Positions 1 to 8,872 are shown, counted from the stretch's first letter. The stretch: DNA of 64,000 nucleotides from Angustibacter luteus (GCF_039541115.1 NZ_BAABFP010000002.1:1116001-1180000), one strand, 5' to 3'. Made by a program: numbers and translations. The notes: generated by a model not told the origin, from the sequence alone.

Positions 1-1172
1 GGCAGGTCGTGCGCGGCGCGCGCGTGCCGGGCCAGCTCGGCCGCCGTCCCGGCGACCTCCCCGGACTCCAGCGCCCGCACGTACCGCGCGTGCAACGCGA
101 CCCGCTCCCCCGGCAGCAGGTCGTCGTACACCGCCTCGGCCAGCAGCGCGTGCCGGAACGCGTAGCCGTCGCTGCCCGCCGGCACCAGCACGTTGGCGTC
201 CACGGCCGCCCGCAGCGCGGCGTCCAGCACCGGCTCGTCCAGCCCCGCGACCTGGACGAGCAACGGGTGCGGGACCCGCCGGCCGGCGACCGCGGCGGCG
301 CGCACGACGGCCCGGGCGTCGTCGTCCAGCCGGTCCAGCCGGACCAGCAGCAGCTCAGCGAGGTCCCACGACAGCGGGCCACCGCCGCGCTCGACGCCCG
401 CGACCAGCTCCTCGATGAAGAAGGCGTTGCCCTCGGCCCGGCGCAGGATGGCGCGCACCTCGGCCTCGGCCAGCGGCTCGGGGTGGAGCGCCCGGACCAG
501 CTCGCGCACCGCCCGGTCGGCCAGCGGGTCGAGCGCGACCCGCTGCACGGACGGCAGCCGCCCCCACTGGACAGCGGTGGCCCGCAGCGGGTGTCGCCGG
601 TGCAGGTCATCCGTCCGGTAGGACGCCACGATGCCGACGGGCACCTCACGTTGGCGGGCGAACAGGAACGAGAGCATCTCGCGGGTGGACTGGTCGGCCC
701 AGTGCACGTCCTCGACCAGCAGCAGCACCGGCTGCTGCTCGGCCAGCATCCCGAGCGCGCCGTGCACGGCCTCAAACAGGGCCGAGCGGTCCATCCGGTC
801 GCCCGCGTCCTCACCCAGCAGGCGTCGTCCGGGCATCAGGCGGGCGATGGCGGGGAAGGCCTCGACCACCCGCTGCGCGAGCGCCGGCTGCTCGCCGGCC
901 AGCCGCCCGAACACCTCGCTGAACGGCAGGTACGGCAGCGTGCTGTCACCGAAGTCGAGGCAGTGCCCGACAACCACCTGCCAACCCGCGTCCAGCGCGG
1001 CCGTCCGCAGCTCGCTGAGCAGCCGGGTCTTGCCGACGCCGGCGTCGCCGGACAGCAGGACGCAGGACGCCGCGGGCGGCTCGCCGCGCACGTCGACGAG
1101 CCCCACCAGCCGGTCGAGCTCATCGGCTCGACCGACCAGCGGGGCTGCGGGGTCGGACGTCGGCGCGCTCAC
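1..1172 (-). CDS. AAA-ATPase/LuxR-type (LAL/STAND-like) transcriptional regulator, N-terminal part; runs off the window start
   Basis: Manual minus-strand translation from GTG 1172: SAPTSDPAAPLVGRADELDRL...VLLSGDAGVGKTRLL (Walker A) and LLLVEDVHWAD (Walker B). Absent from the ORF track because it has no stop in the window; the LuxR HTH itself is not visible. Confidence 0.8.
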   Translation of the reverse strand, partial: MSAPTSDPAAPLVGRADELDRLVGLVDVRGEPPAASCVLLSGDAGVGKTRLLSELRTAALDAGWQVVVGHCLDFGDSTLPYLPFSEVFGRLAGEQPALAQRVVEAFPAIARLMPGRRLLGEDAGDRMDRSALFEAVHGALGMLAEQQPVLLLVEDVHWADQSTREMLSFLFARQREVPVGIVASYRTDDLHRRHPLRATAVQWGRLPSVQRVALDPLADRAVRELVRALHPEPLAEAEVRAILRRAEGNAFFIEELVAGVERGGGPLSWDLAELLLVRLDRLDDDARAVVRAAAVAGRRVPHPLLVQVAGLDEPVLDAALRAAVDANVLVPAGSDGYAFRHALLAEAVYDDLLPGERVALHARYVRALESGEVAGTAAELARHARAAHDL

Positions 1173-1178
1173 GTCCAC

Positions 1179-1201
1179 ATCATCGTGGGCGGCACCGACA
1201 A
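1179..1201 (-). promoter_or_regulatory. RecA-NDp/PafBC-like promoter (TTGTCGGTG-N8-GATGAT) for a probably leaderless LuxR/AAA gene
   Basis: Minus strand reads TTGTCGGTG ccgcccac GATGAT, then 6 nt to GTG 1172; one mismatch to tTGTCRGtg-N8-TAnnnT. Confidence 0.45.
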
Positions 1202-1216
1202 GGGCGAACACCTTTG

Positions 1217-1405
1217 TCAGGCTCCGGCCGGGCGGACCCGCTGGCGCGGGGGAACGGTCACCGGGCCGACGCGCTGCGGGCCCTGCGGAGCGGGGTTGTT
1301 GACCGGGCGGCGGCGGCGCAGCCGGTTGCTGAAGTCGCTGCGGATCCGGTCGGTGTGGTAGCTGACCTCGGTGGTCACGGACTCGGTGGACAGTGCGTGG
1401 AACAT
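1217..1405 (-). CDS. small hypothetical protein (62 aa)
   Basis: ATG 1405 preceded by a GAGGAG RBS (1411-1416); MFHALSTESVTTEVSYHTDRIRSDF... Confidence 0.6.
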   Translation of the reverse strand: MFHALSTESVTTEVSYHTDRIRSDFSNRLRRRRPVNNPAPQGPQRVGPVTVPPRQRVRPAGA

Positions 1406-1558
1406 GTCGACTCCTCGTGCTGATCTCTGGGATCTCTCCTCGTGATGCACCGACTCTGCGCGTCTGAGGTACCCCCGGGCATCGGGTGGACGCCCTATCT
1501 CTGGCCGCAGGACGACGACCCCACCCGCCTGAGGTAGCGGACCGGCCTGAGGTGGCGC

Positions 1559-2188
1559 TCAGGCGGTCGGGCGGGGCCGCACCACCAGGGACCAGCCAGC
1601 GGCCAGGCCCGCGCAGAGCAGCAGGTACCCCGGCAGCGCGGCCAACCCGTCGTCCTGCAGGTCCAGCGCGATCGCCGGCCAGAGCGCGGCCACCGCCGCG
1701 ACGGCGCCGACGACCAGCCGCAGCCAACGGGGCCCCCGCCGGCCGAGCGCGAAGCCGCCCAGCAGGGCCGGTGGCAGCATGAGCATCCCCGGGCTGGCGA
1801 ACATCAGCAGCGCCGGTAGGGCGAGCAGCACCCGCCAGATCCGGGCGGACCGCCGGCGCAGGACGTCGACGACCGCCAGGGAGGTGCCCGCCAGCCCCGC
1901 TACGCCGACGATGAGCAGCGTTCCGGTCCAGCTGAACTCCGGCTCGGTGCTGATGTACCGCATCCACACCCTCGCCGCGACGCCCCACCCGGCGCCCAGC
2001 ACCATCCCGGCGGGGACCTCCCACCACCCCCACGGGCGGGGCCGCCCCACCGCCGCCGGTGACGTCGTCCGAACCGCTGCCTGATCGACCACGAGGACCC
2101 CCTGGGTGCTCAGCAGCGTGGGTGCCGCCGCGAGTCGGCGTGCTGCCTCGCCCAGGTAGACGGGCGCCGGGGGGCTGGCGGGTGACAC
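1559..2188 (-). CDS. hypothetical multi-pass membrane protein
   Basis: Several hydrophobic segments; GC3-rich frame; divergent from the ECF sigma gene. Confidence 0.65.
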   Translation of the reverse strand: MSPASPPAPVYLGEAARRLAAAPTLLSTQGVLVVDQAAVRTTSPAAVGRPRPWGWWEVPAGMVLGAGWGVAARVWMRYISTEPEFSWTGTLLIVGVAGLAGTSLAVVDVLRRRSARIWRVLLALPALLMFASPGMLMLPPALLGGFALGRRGPRWLRLVVGAVAAVAALWPAIALDLQDDGLAALPGYLLLCAGLAAGWSLVVRPRPTA

Positions 2189-2194
2189 CAGGAC

Positions 2195-2249
2195 AGGACG
2201 AAGATCAGTGGGCCTCGGCTGTCACCCGTCGGGCGCCGGGGTTCGTCCT
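2195..2249. promoter_or_regulatory. back-to-back putative ECF promoters (TTCGTCCT -10 element on both strands)
   Basis: Plus: GTCACC (2221)-N15-TTCGTCCT (2242-2249)-7 nt-ATG 2257. Minus: GACAGC (2223)-N15-TTCGTCCT (2202-2195)-6 nt-GTG 2188. Confidence 0.5.
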
Positions 2250-2256
2250 AGCAGTC

Positions 2257-2808
2257 ATGGAGGACGTCGTCGTCGTGGAGGCGAGGGCTGCACGCGCGGA
2301 CCCGGTCGAGACCGGGGACGCCCTGCTGACGCGCCTCTTTGCGGAGGAAGGGGCCACCCTCGTCCGGCTCGCCCGGTTCTTCGTCGACGACCGCGCAGCG
2401 GCCGAGGACCTGGTGCAGGAGGCGTTCATCCGGCTGTCCCGCTCGCTGCCCCGGCTGCGCCGAGCGGACAGCGCTCGCGCGTACCTGCGGGCGATCGTGC
2501 TGAACCTGGCCCGCGACCACAACCGGCGCGGGCTGATGTCGACGCGGCACCGCCCGCCTGCCGACCCGGAACCGGCCAGCGTCGAGGAGCAGGTCACCGC
2601 CCGGGACGACGCCCGCCGCGTCGTCGAAGCGCTCGGGCGGCTGCCCCGCCGGCAGCGCGACTGCCTGGTGCTGCGCTACTACCTGGAGCTCCCGGTCGCC
2701 GAGGTCGCCGCAACCCTGGGCCTGTCCGTGAACTCGGTCAAGACGCACCTCAAGCGCGGGCTGCGTGCCCTCGAGGACCGGCTGGACGAGAGGACGTCGA
2801 CGCGATGA
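2257..2808 (+). CDS. ECF RNA polymerase sigma-70 factor (SigE-like)
   Basis: Region 2 AEDLVQEAF...AYLRAIVLNLARD; region 4 LPRRQRDCLVLRYYLELPVAEVAATLGLSVNSVKTHLKRG. Confidence 0.9.
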   Translation: MEDVVVVEARAARADPVETGDALLTRLFAEEGATLVRLARFFVDDRAAAEDLVQEAFIRLSRSLPRLRRADSARAYLRAIVLNLARDHNRRGLMSTRHRPPADPEPASVEEQVTARDDARRVVEALGRLPRRQRDCLVLRYYLELPVAEVAATLGLSVNSVKTHLKRGLRALEDRLDERTSTR

Positions 2809-3494
2809 GCGACATCGAACGTCAGCTGCGCGACGCCCTCGCCGACGAGGCGGGGCAGGTGCGCCCCGCCAACGACCTGGCGGAGCGGGTGCGCGAGAGC
2901 GTCGCCGACGACCGCCGGGGCAGGACCGCGCGACACCTGCGTCGCGCACTGCTGGGGCTGGCCGCACTGGCCGGGCTCGCGGGGCTGGTGTGGGGCATGA
3001 CCCGGTCAGCGGCGCCGTCGCGACCGAACGGAGGAGGAGACATGGACTGGTGGGTGCTGGAGCTGGCCACGGACGTCGCACTGGTCGCGCTCGCGCTCTG
3101 GCTCGGCCCGTTCATCAAGCGGTTCGGGCGCGCCTACGCGGCCGACGTCTTCCACGACAACCCGCTGACCGGCAAGAGCTACATCGTGCTGACCGACATC
3201 GTGTACTACCTGATCTTCAGCTCGTACATCCTGTTCACCGTGCGGTTCGAGCCGTCGCAGGACTGGAGGACGCCCGGCGGCCAGGGCGTGACCGCGGCCC
3301 AGCTGACCTGGGAGCTCGGCCGGATCGCCGGGATCCTGCTGATCATCGGGATGCTGCACGGGCTGAACATCGTGCTGATGCCCGTCCTGGGGCGGCTGTT
3401 CTCGCTGAACCGGCGACTCGCGGTGCCCACGACGGTCGCGCCGTCCGAGCGTGAGGCCATCGAGCGGGAGGTCATCGACCACGACCGGTCGTGA
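2805..3494 (+). CDS. membrane protein, putative anti-sigma factor
   Basis: ATGA overlap with the sigma stop; N-terminal DIERQLRDAL helix, Arg-rich patch, TM helix, then three further TM segments. Confidence 0.7.
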   Translation: MSDIERQLRDALADEAGQVRPANDLAERVRESVADDRRGRTARHLRRALLGLAALAGLAGLVWGMTRSAAPSRPNGGGDMDWWVLELATDVALVALALWLGPFIKRFGRAYAADVFHDNPLTGKSYIVLTDIVYYLIFSSYILFTVRFEPSQDWRTPGGQGVTAAQLTWELGRIAGILLIIGMLHGLNIVLMPVLGRLFSLNRRLAVPTTVAPSEREAIEREVIDHDRS

Positions 3495-3571
3495 GGAACG
3501 CCACGCCCTCTGCACACACTCGCCACGCGACGAGCGTGTGCGCACGGCCCGACGTCGTTACCCTCGGGTAC

Positions 3572-4375
3572 GTGGACGCCCTGGACGAGGAGCTGCGCGT
3601 GCCGCCGGATCCCGCGGTGGCCGCGTTCTTCGACGTCGACAACACGATCCTGCGCGGGGCGAGCATCTTCTACTTCGCCCGCGAGCTGTACCGCCGGGAC
3701 TTCTTCACCGTCCAGGACCTCGCCCGGATGGGCTGGATGCAGGCCCGGTTCAAGGCGCTCGGCGAGAAGATGGAGCACGTCCAGCTGATCCGCGAGCGGG
3801 CACTGTCGTTCGTGGAGGGCCACTCGGTCGCCGAGATCACCTCGATCGGCGAGCACGTCTACGACGAGGTCATCGCCGACAAGATCTGGCCGGGCACGCA
3901 CGCGCTGGCCCAGCTCCACCTGGACGCCGGTGAGCGGGTCTGGCTGGTCACCGCGACCCCCATCGAGATGGCGGACACGATCGCGCAGCGCCTCGGGCTG
4001 TCCGGCGCACTGGGCACCGTGGCCGAGAGCGTGGACGGCGTCTACACCGGCCGGCTGGTCGGCGAACCGCTGCACGGCCCGGCCAAGGCCGATGCGATCC
4101 GCGCCCTGGCCGAGCACGAGGGGCTGGACCTGGCCCGCTGCTACGCCTACTCCGACTCCAGCAACGACATCCCGATGCTGCAGCTGGTCGGCAAGCCCTG
4201 CGCGATCAACCCGGACGCCAGGCTGCGCGCGCACGCCAAGGCGCAGGGGTGGCGGATCCGGGACTACCGCACCGGACGCAAGGCCGCCAAGGTCGGCGTA
4301 CCCGCCCTGGCCGGCGTGGGGGCCGCAGCCGGCGGGGTCGTGGCCGGCGCCGCGCTGCGCCGTCGCAACCACTAG
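3572..4375 (+). CDS. HAD-IB family hydrolase (SerB1-like)
   Basis: AAFFDVDNT motif I, LVTAT motif II, AYSDSSND motif IV; start approximate. Confidence 0.88.
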   Translation: MDALDEELRVPPDPAVAAFFDVDNTILRGASIFYFARELYRRDFFTVQDLARMGWMQARFKALGEKMEHVQLIRERALSFVEGHSVAEITSIGEHVYDEVIADKIWPGTHALAQLHLDAGERVWLVTATPIEMADTIAQRLGLSGALGTVAESVDGVYTGRLVGEPLHGPAKADAIRALAEHEGLDLARCYAYSDSSNDIPMLQLVGKPCAINPDARLRAHAKAQGWRIRDYRTGRKAAKVGVPALAGVGAAAGGVVAGAALRRRNH

Positions 4376-4387
4376 AGCCAGGAGCAC

Positions 4388-5080
4388 GTGACCATCACGA
4401 CGTTGGCCCCTTACCGCCCCGGTGCACCAGCCGGGGTGGCGGGACTGCGCGTGCTGTGGTCGGTGGCGACGTCCGGGAGCGGCTCCTTGCGGCCGTCGGA
4501 GCCGCCCGGGCCGATCCCGGACGACGACGCCGAGCTCGAGCGGGTCCACGGCCTGGTCACGCTGGCCCAGGGCGGCGACGCCGAGGCGTTCGCGCTGCTC
4601 TACGAGCGGTACGTCGACGTCGTCTACCGTTACATCTACTACCGGGTCGGCTCGCACCACACTGCCGAGGACCTGACGTCCGAGACGTTCGTCCGGGCGC
4701 TGCGCCGGCTGGACAGCTTCACCTGGACCGGCCGGGACATCGCCGCCTGGTTCGTCACCATCGCCCGCAACATCGTCCTGGACCACGTGAAGTCCTCGCG
4801 CTACAAGCTTGAGGTCACGACGGCGGACCTGCTGGACGGCGACGAGCGTGAACCCTCCCCCGAGCAGGACGTGCTGAACCGGATGCGCGACGAGCGGCTG
4901 GTCGAGGCCATGAAGCGGCTCAAGCCCGACCAGCAGGAGTGCCTGGCGCTGCGCTTCCTGCAGGGGCTCTCGCTCGCCGAGACCGCCGAGGCCCTCGGCC
5001 GCAGCGCCGGCGCGATCAAGCAGCTGCAGCTGCGCGCCGTCCGCGCCCTGCACCGCGAGCTGGGGGGTGAGCGGCCGTGA
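4388..5080 (+). CDS. bldN: ECF sigma factor, BldN family
   Basis: AQGGDAEAFALLYERY...AEDLTSETFVRALRR..FTWTGRDIAAWFVTIARN..DHVKSSRYKLEV; synteny with HAD-IB upstream and RsbN-like gene downstream. Confidence 0.85.
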   Translation: MTITTLAPYRPGAPAGVAGLRVLWSVATSGSGSLRPSEPPGPIPDDDAELERVHGLVTLAQGGDAEAFALLYERYVDVVYRYIYYRVGSHHTAEDLTSETFVRALRRLDSFTWTGRDIAAWFVTIARNIVLDHVKSSRYKLEVTTADLLDGDEREPSPEQDVLNRMRDERLVEAMKRLKPDQQECLALRFLQGLSLAETAEALGRSAGAIKQLQLRAVRALHRELGGERP

Positions 5081-5087
5081 AGCGAGC

Positions 5088-5139
5088 CGTGACCCCGGCC
5101 GTAACCCCGGCCGTAACCCCAGACAGGATCGGTCGTTGG
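5088..5139 (+). promoter_or_regulatory. sigma-BldN-type promoter for the rsbN-like gene, preceded by a triplicated -35-containing 12-mer
   Basis: CGTAAC (5112-5117)-N16-CGTTGG (5134-5139); ccgtgaccccgg-ccgtaaccccgg-ccgtaacccc tandem. Confidence 0.65.
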
Positions 5140-5186
5140 ACTGGGTGGGTGGCCGGGGGCAGTTCGACAGCGGGGAGGTGCCGGCC

Positions 5187-6392
5187 ATGGCGATGACGAC
5201 GCGCCGTGACGCCGAGGCCTTCGCGCGCCTGCTCGACGGTCCGCGCACCGCCGACACCGCCGACACCGCCGCGAATGCGGACGGCGGCGAGCTGGCCACC
5301 CTCGCGACCCTCGCCCGGTCGATCCCGCGACCGCAGGTCGGCCCGGACCCCGCCTTCGTCGCGCGGCTGCGCGACCAGCTGGTCACCACCGCTCACGAGC
5401 GGGCCGAGCGCCGTCCGGCGTCGGCTTCGCCCTCCAGCCGTGCGACCCCCACCGCACCGCGCACCCTCGTGGTGCGGTGGCCCAAGGGGCTCGTGCCGGT
5501 CACGCTCGCCACCGTCCTCGGCCTCGTCGTCCTGGTCGCGGGACTGGCCAGCCGGGCGCTGCCGGGCGACCGGCTCTACGACGTCAAGCTGGGCATCGGC
5601 CAGGCCCAGGTGCGCATGGCGGGCAGCGACCTGGCCCGCGGCAAGGCCCTGCTGCGCCAGGTCGACCACCGGCTCGACGAGGTGGACTCGCTGGTCGCCG
5701 CTGGCGACCCGAGCTCGGCCGACGTGAACGTGGCCCTCAACCAGGCCGCGGTGGACCTGGCCCGCGCCCAGCGCGTGCTGCTGTCCAGCGCGAACGGCCA
5801 CCCGGACCCCGACGCGCTCCAGTCCCTGGCGGACGCCACGGCACAGGCGTCGGGCCGCCTGCGGGCGCTCGCCCCGCTGGTGCCGACCGCCTCCGGACCC
5901 GCGCTGCACCGCCTGCAGGACCTGCTGGCCGTCGGCAACGCCGCCCTGCAGCGCGAGGCGCAGGCCTGCGGCAGTGCCTGTGACGACGTCCGGCGGCAGA
6001 TCGAGGCGATCGCCGGGACGACGTCCGGCACGCCGCCCGCGGGCAGTGGATCCGGTTCAGGTGACGGGGCGACCAACCCGGCCACGCAGGGTTCGAAGCC
6101 CTCGTCGCGGCCGGGCGTCAGCGTACCCACGGTCGCGCCGTCCGCACCGGCCGGCGGCGGTGGCGGTGCGGGTGGCTCGCAGCCCGGCGCCTCGGCCCCG
6201 GGGGTGACGGCGTCGGTGCCCGGCGTGGGCGTGACCGTGCCCGGGGTGAGCGTGACGACCGCCCCCGACGGCCGCCCGTCGGTCAGCGTGCCGCCCGTCG
6301 TGGTGACGCTCGGCCCGGTCACGGCCAGCGTGTCGACGTCCGGCTGCGTGATCGGCCTCGGCGGCCTGTGCGTGGGCCTGCCCACGGAGTAG
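5187..6392 (+). CDS. rsbN: RsbN-like (DUF5667) anti-sigma factor
   Basis: GGAGGTG RBS; PDPAFVARLRDQL, TM helix, ALPGDRLYDVK motif, low-complexity P/G/S/T tail. Confidence 0.78.
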   Translation: MAMTTRRDAEAFARLLDGPRTADTADTAANADGGELATLATLARSIPRPQVGPDPAFVARLRDQLVTTAHERAERRPASASPSSRATPTAPRTLVVRWPKGLVPVTLATVLGLVVLVAGLASRALPGDRLYDVKLGIGQAQVRMAGSDLARGKALLRQVDHRLDEVDSLVAAGDPSSADVNVALNQAAVDLARAQRVLLSSANGHPDPDALQSLADATAQASGRLRALAPLVPTASGPALHRLQDLLAVGNAALQREAQACGSACDDVRRQIEAIAGTTSGTPPAGSGSGSGDGATNPATQGSKPSSRPGVSVPTVAPSAPAGGGGGAGGSQPGASAPGVTASVPGVGVTVPGVSVTTAPDGRPSVSVPPVVVTLGPVTASVSTSGCVIGLGGLCVGLPTE

Positions 6393-6641
6393 CCGGCCTG
6401 GCCACGTTCATCCCGCCAGGGCCATTTCTTGGTCAAGGGTTGGTCAAAACACCGATACCGCACGATAACGGACACTTGTCAAGGCTTGTCCTGCTCGGCA
6501 CACCCCACCAGAGTCTGCCCGTCCACCCTCGGGTCGCTCCCGCCGCACGACCGTCTGCTGCGCCTGCGCGCCTGGGTCTGGGCTCCGTACGTCCGACGAG
6601 GGACGGCACCCACGCCGTCTCGATCTGACAGGAGTGCTGAG

Positions 6642-8756
6642 TTGAACAGGAAGACCACGATCGCAGCGATGGCGGCCCTGGCCACCGCTGGTGTCGCGGC
6701 TGTGCCGATCGGCGCAACCGCGGCAACGCAGGCCGGCGAACCCGGCCCCGCGACGTCCCGCAGTGCCCTCATCGCCGGCCAGCAGTCGGCCGCCGCGTCC
6801 ACGGCCAAGACCCTCGGCCTCGCCTCCGGCGAGCAGCTGCAGGTGAAGGACGTCATCCGGGACGCCAACGGCGCGACCCACGTCCGCTACAACCGCACCT
6901 ACGACGGCCTGCGCGTCGTCGGCGGTGACCTCGTCGTGCACGAGGCGCCGTCCGGCACCGTGACCAGCGTCGACAAGGCCGGCTCCGGCAAGGTCGCCGT
7001 CGCCTCGACCACGCCGTCGGTGTCCGCGACCTCGGCGAAGAGCACCGGTCAGTCGCTCGCCAAGGCCAGCAAGGAGAAGTCGACGTCCGAGCTCGTCGTG
7101 TACGCGGCCGGCGCCAGCCCCCGGCTCGCCTACGACGTCGTCACCACCGGCATCAAGGCCGACCAGACGCCGACCCGCCTGCACACCATCGTGGACGCCG
7201 AGACCGGCGCGACCCTGACGTCGTACGACGACATCCGCAACGCCTCGGGCACCGGCAAGACCCTGTACTCCGGCAACGTCACGATCACCACGAGCGGCAG
7301 CGGCAGCAGCTACACGATGACCGACACGGCGCACGGCAACGGCACCACCACCGACCTCAAGGGTGCGACGTCCGGCAACGGCACGCTGTTCACCGACGCG
7401 GACAACGTGTGGGGCAACAACGCCACCAGCGACCGGGCCTCGGCCGCCGCCGACGCGCACTACGGCGCCGCCGCCACCTGGGACTTCTACAAGAACGTGA
7501 TGGGCCGCAACGGCATCTTCAACAACGGCACCGGCGTGCGCTCGCGCGTGCACTACGGCAACGCCTACGTGAACGCGTTCTGGGACGGCTCGCAGATGAC
7601 CTACGGCGACGGCTCGGGCAACGCCCGCCCCCTGGTCGAGATCGACGTGGCCGCGCACGAGATGAGCCACGGCGTCACCGAGAACACCGCGGGCCTCGCC
7701 TACACCGGTGACGCGGGCGGCCTCAACGAGGCGACGTCCGACATCTTCGGCACCTCGGTGGAGTTCTACGAGAACAACGCCTCGGACGTCGGCGACTACC
7801 TCATCGGCGAGAAGATCAACATCAACGGCAACAACACGCCGCTGCGCTACCAGGACAAGCCGTCCCGCGACGGGACGAGCCCGGACTGCTGGTCGACCAA
7901 CACCAAGAACCTCGACCCGCACTACTCCTCCGGGGTCGGCAACCACTGGTTCTACCTGGCCAGCGAGGGCTCGGGCGCCAAGACCATCAACGGCGTCTCG
8001 TACAACAGCCCGACCTGCAACAGCTCGACCGTGACCGGCATCGGCCGGGACGCCGCGTCCAAGATCTGGTACCGGGCGCTGTCGACGTACATGGTCTCGT
8101 CCGAGACGTACCCGCAGGCGCGCAACAGCACCATCAAGGCGGCCATCGACCTGTACGGCGCCTCGAGCAGCCAGTGCGCCGGTGTGGCGGCGGCCTGGTC
8201 GGCGCTGTCCGTGGCGGCCGGCTCGGCCACCTGCTCCACCACCACGCCCACCGGCACCCCGACGTCCACCCCGACGGGGACGCCGACCACCACCCCGCCG
8301 ACGGGCACGAACCTGCTGCTCAACCCCGGCTTCGAGTCCGGTGCGGTGAACTGGACCGGCACGTCCGGCCCGGTCACCAACAACACCGGCCGCCCGGCCC
8401 GCACCGGCTCCTGGAAGCTCTGGATCGGTGGCAACGGCTCCGCCGGGACCGAGACCGTCGGCCAGTCGGTCGCCGTCCCCTCGACCGGGAACCCGACGCT
8501 CACCTTCTGGTTGCGGTCGGACACCGCCGAGACCGGCTCCACGGTCTACGACTCGATGAAGGCCCAGGTCGTCTCCGGTTCAACCACCACCACCCTGGCG
8601 ACCTACACGAACGTGGGCACCAACGCCACGTACACCCAGAAGTCCTTCGACCTGTCCTCCTTCAAGGGCAAGACGGTCACCATCCGGTTCACCGGGACCG
8701 AGGACTCCTACCTGCAGACCAGCTGGGTCATCGACGACACGTCCCTGACCAGCTGA
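6642..8756 (+). CDS. secreted M4 (thermolysin/griselysin-like) metallopeptidase with Pro/Thr linker and C-terminal beta-sandwich module
   Basis: TTG start with AGGAG RBS; signal peptide; FTP/PepSY-like propeptide; NAFWDG, HEMSH, GGLNEATSD, DPHYSSG motifs. Confidence 0.92.
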   Translation: MNRKTTIAAMAALATAGVAAVPIGATAATQAGEPGPATSRSALIAGQQSAAASTAKTLGLASGEQLQVKDVIRDANGATHVRYNRTYDGLRVVGGDLVVHEAPSGTVTSVDKAGSGKVAVASTTPSVSATSAKSTGQSLAKASKEKSTSELVVYAAGASPRLAYDVVTTGIKADQTPTRLHTIVDAETGATLTSYDDIRNASGTGKTLYSGNVTITTSGSGSSYTMTDTAHGNGTTTDLKGATSGNGTLFTDADNVWGNNATSDRASAAADAHYGAAATWDFYKNVMGRNGIFNNGTGVRSRVHYGNAYVNAFWDGSQMTYGDGSGNARPLVEIDVAAHEMSHGVTENTAGLAYTGDAGGLNEATSDIFGTSVEFYENNASDVGDYLIGEKININGNNTPLRYQDKPSRDGTSPDCWSTNTKNLDPHYSSGVGNHWFYLASEGSGAKTINGVSYNSPTCNSSTVTGIGRDAASKIWYRALSTYMVSSETYPQARNSTIKAAIDLYGASSSQCAGVAAAWSALSVAAGSATCSTTTPTGTPTSTPTGTPTTTPPTGTNLLLNPGFESGAVNWTGTSGPVTNNTGRPARTGSWKLWIGGNGSAGTETVGQSVAVPSTGNPTLTFWLRSDTAETGSTVYDSMKAQVVSGSTTTTLATYTNVGTNATYTQKSFDLSSFKGKTVTIRFTGTEDSYLQTSWVIDDTSLTS
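8281..8756 (+). repeat. ~475-bp direct repeat copy 1 (C-terminal module shared with 9840-10315)
   Basis: Near-identical DNA and protein (TNLLLNPGFESGAVNWTGTSG...VIDDTSLTS) at the ends of two adjacent genes. Confidence 0.9.
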
Positions 8757-8794
8757 GCCGCACTCCTCGGCGCTGATCACGGTCAGCGTCAACG

Positions 8795-8829
8795 CTCGGC
8801 CCGGCTACCTCCCCGGTAGCCGGGCCGAG
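8795..8829 (+). terminator. intergenic hairpin / intrinsic terminator
   Basis: Perfect 15-bp stem CTCGGCCCGGCTACC / GGTAGCCGGGCCGAG with a 5-nt loop. Confidence 0.7.
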
Positions 8830-8872
8830 TCGTCCCCGCACCTGTCCTGCCCGCCTGATGGAGGCCCACACC

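Noticed and set aside
9..1361. 450-aa plus-strand ORF
   Set aside because: Antisense shadow of the minus-strand AAA/LuxR-type gene, which carries Walker motifs.
6520..6640. riboswitch in the long leader of the M4 gene
   Set aside because: No recognisable aptamer consensus by eye; an Infernal/Rfam search would be needed.
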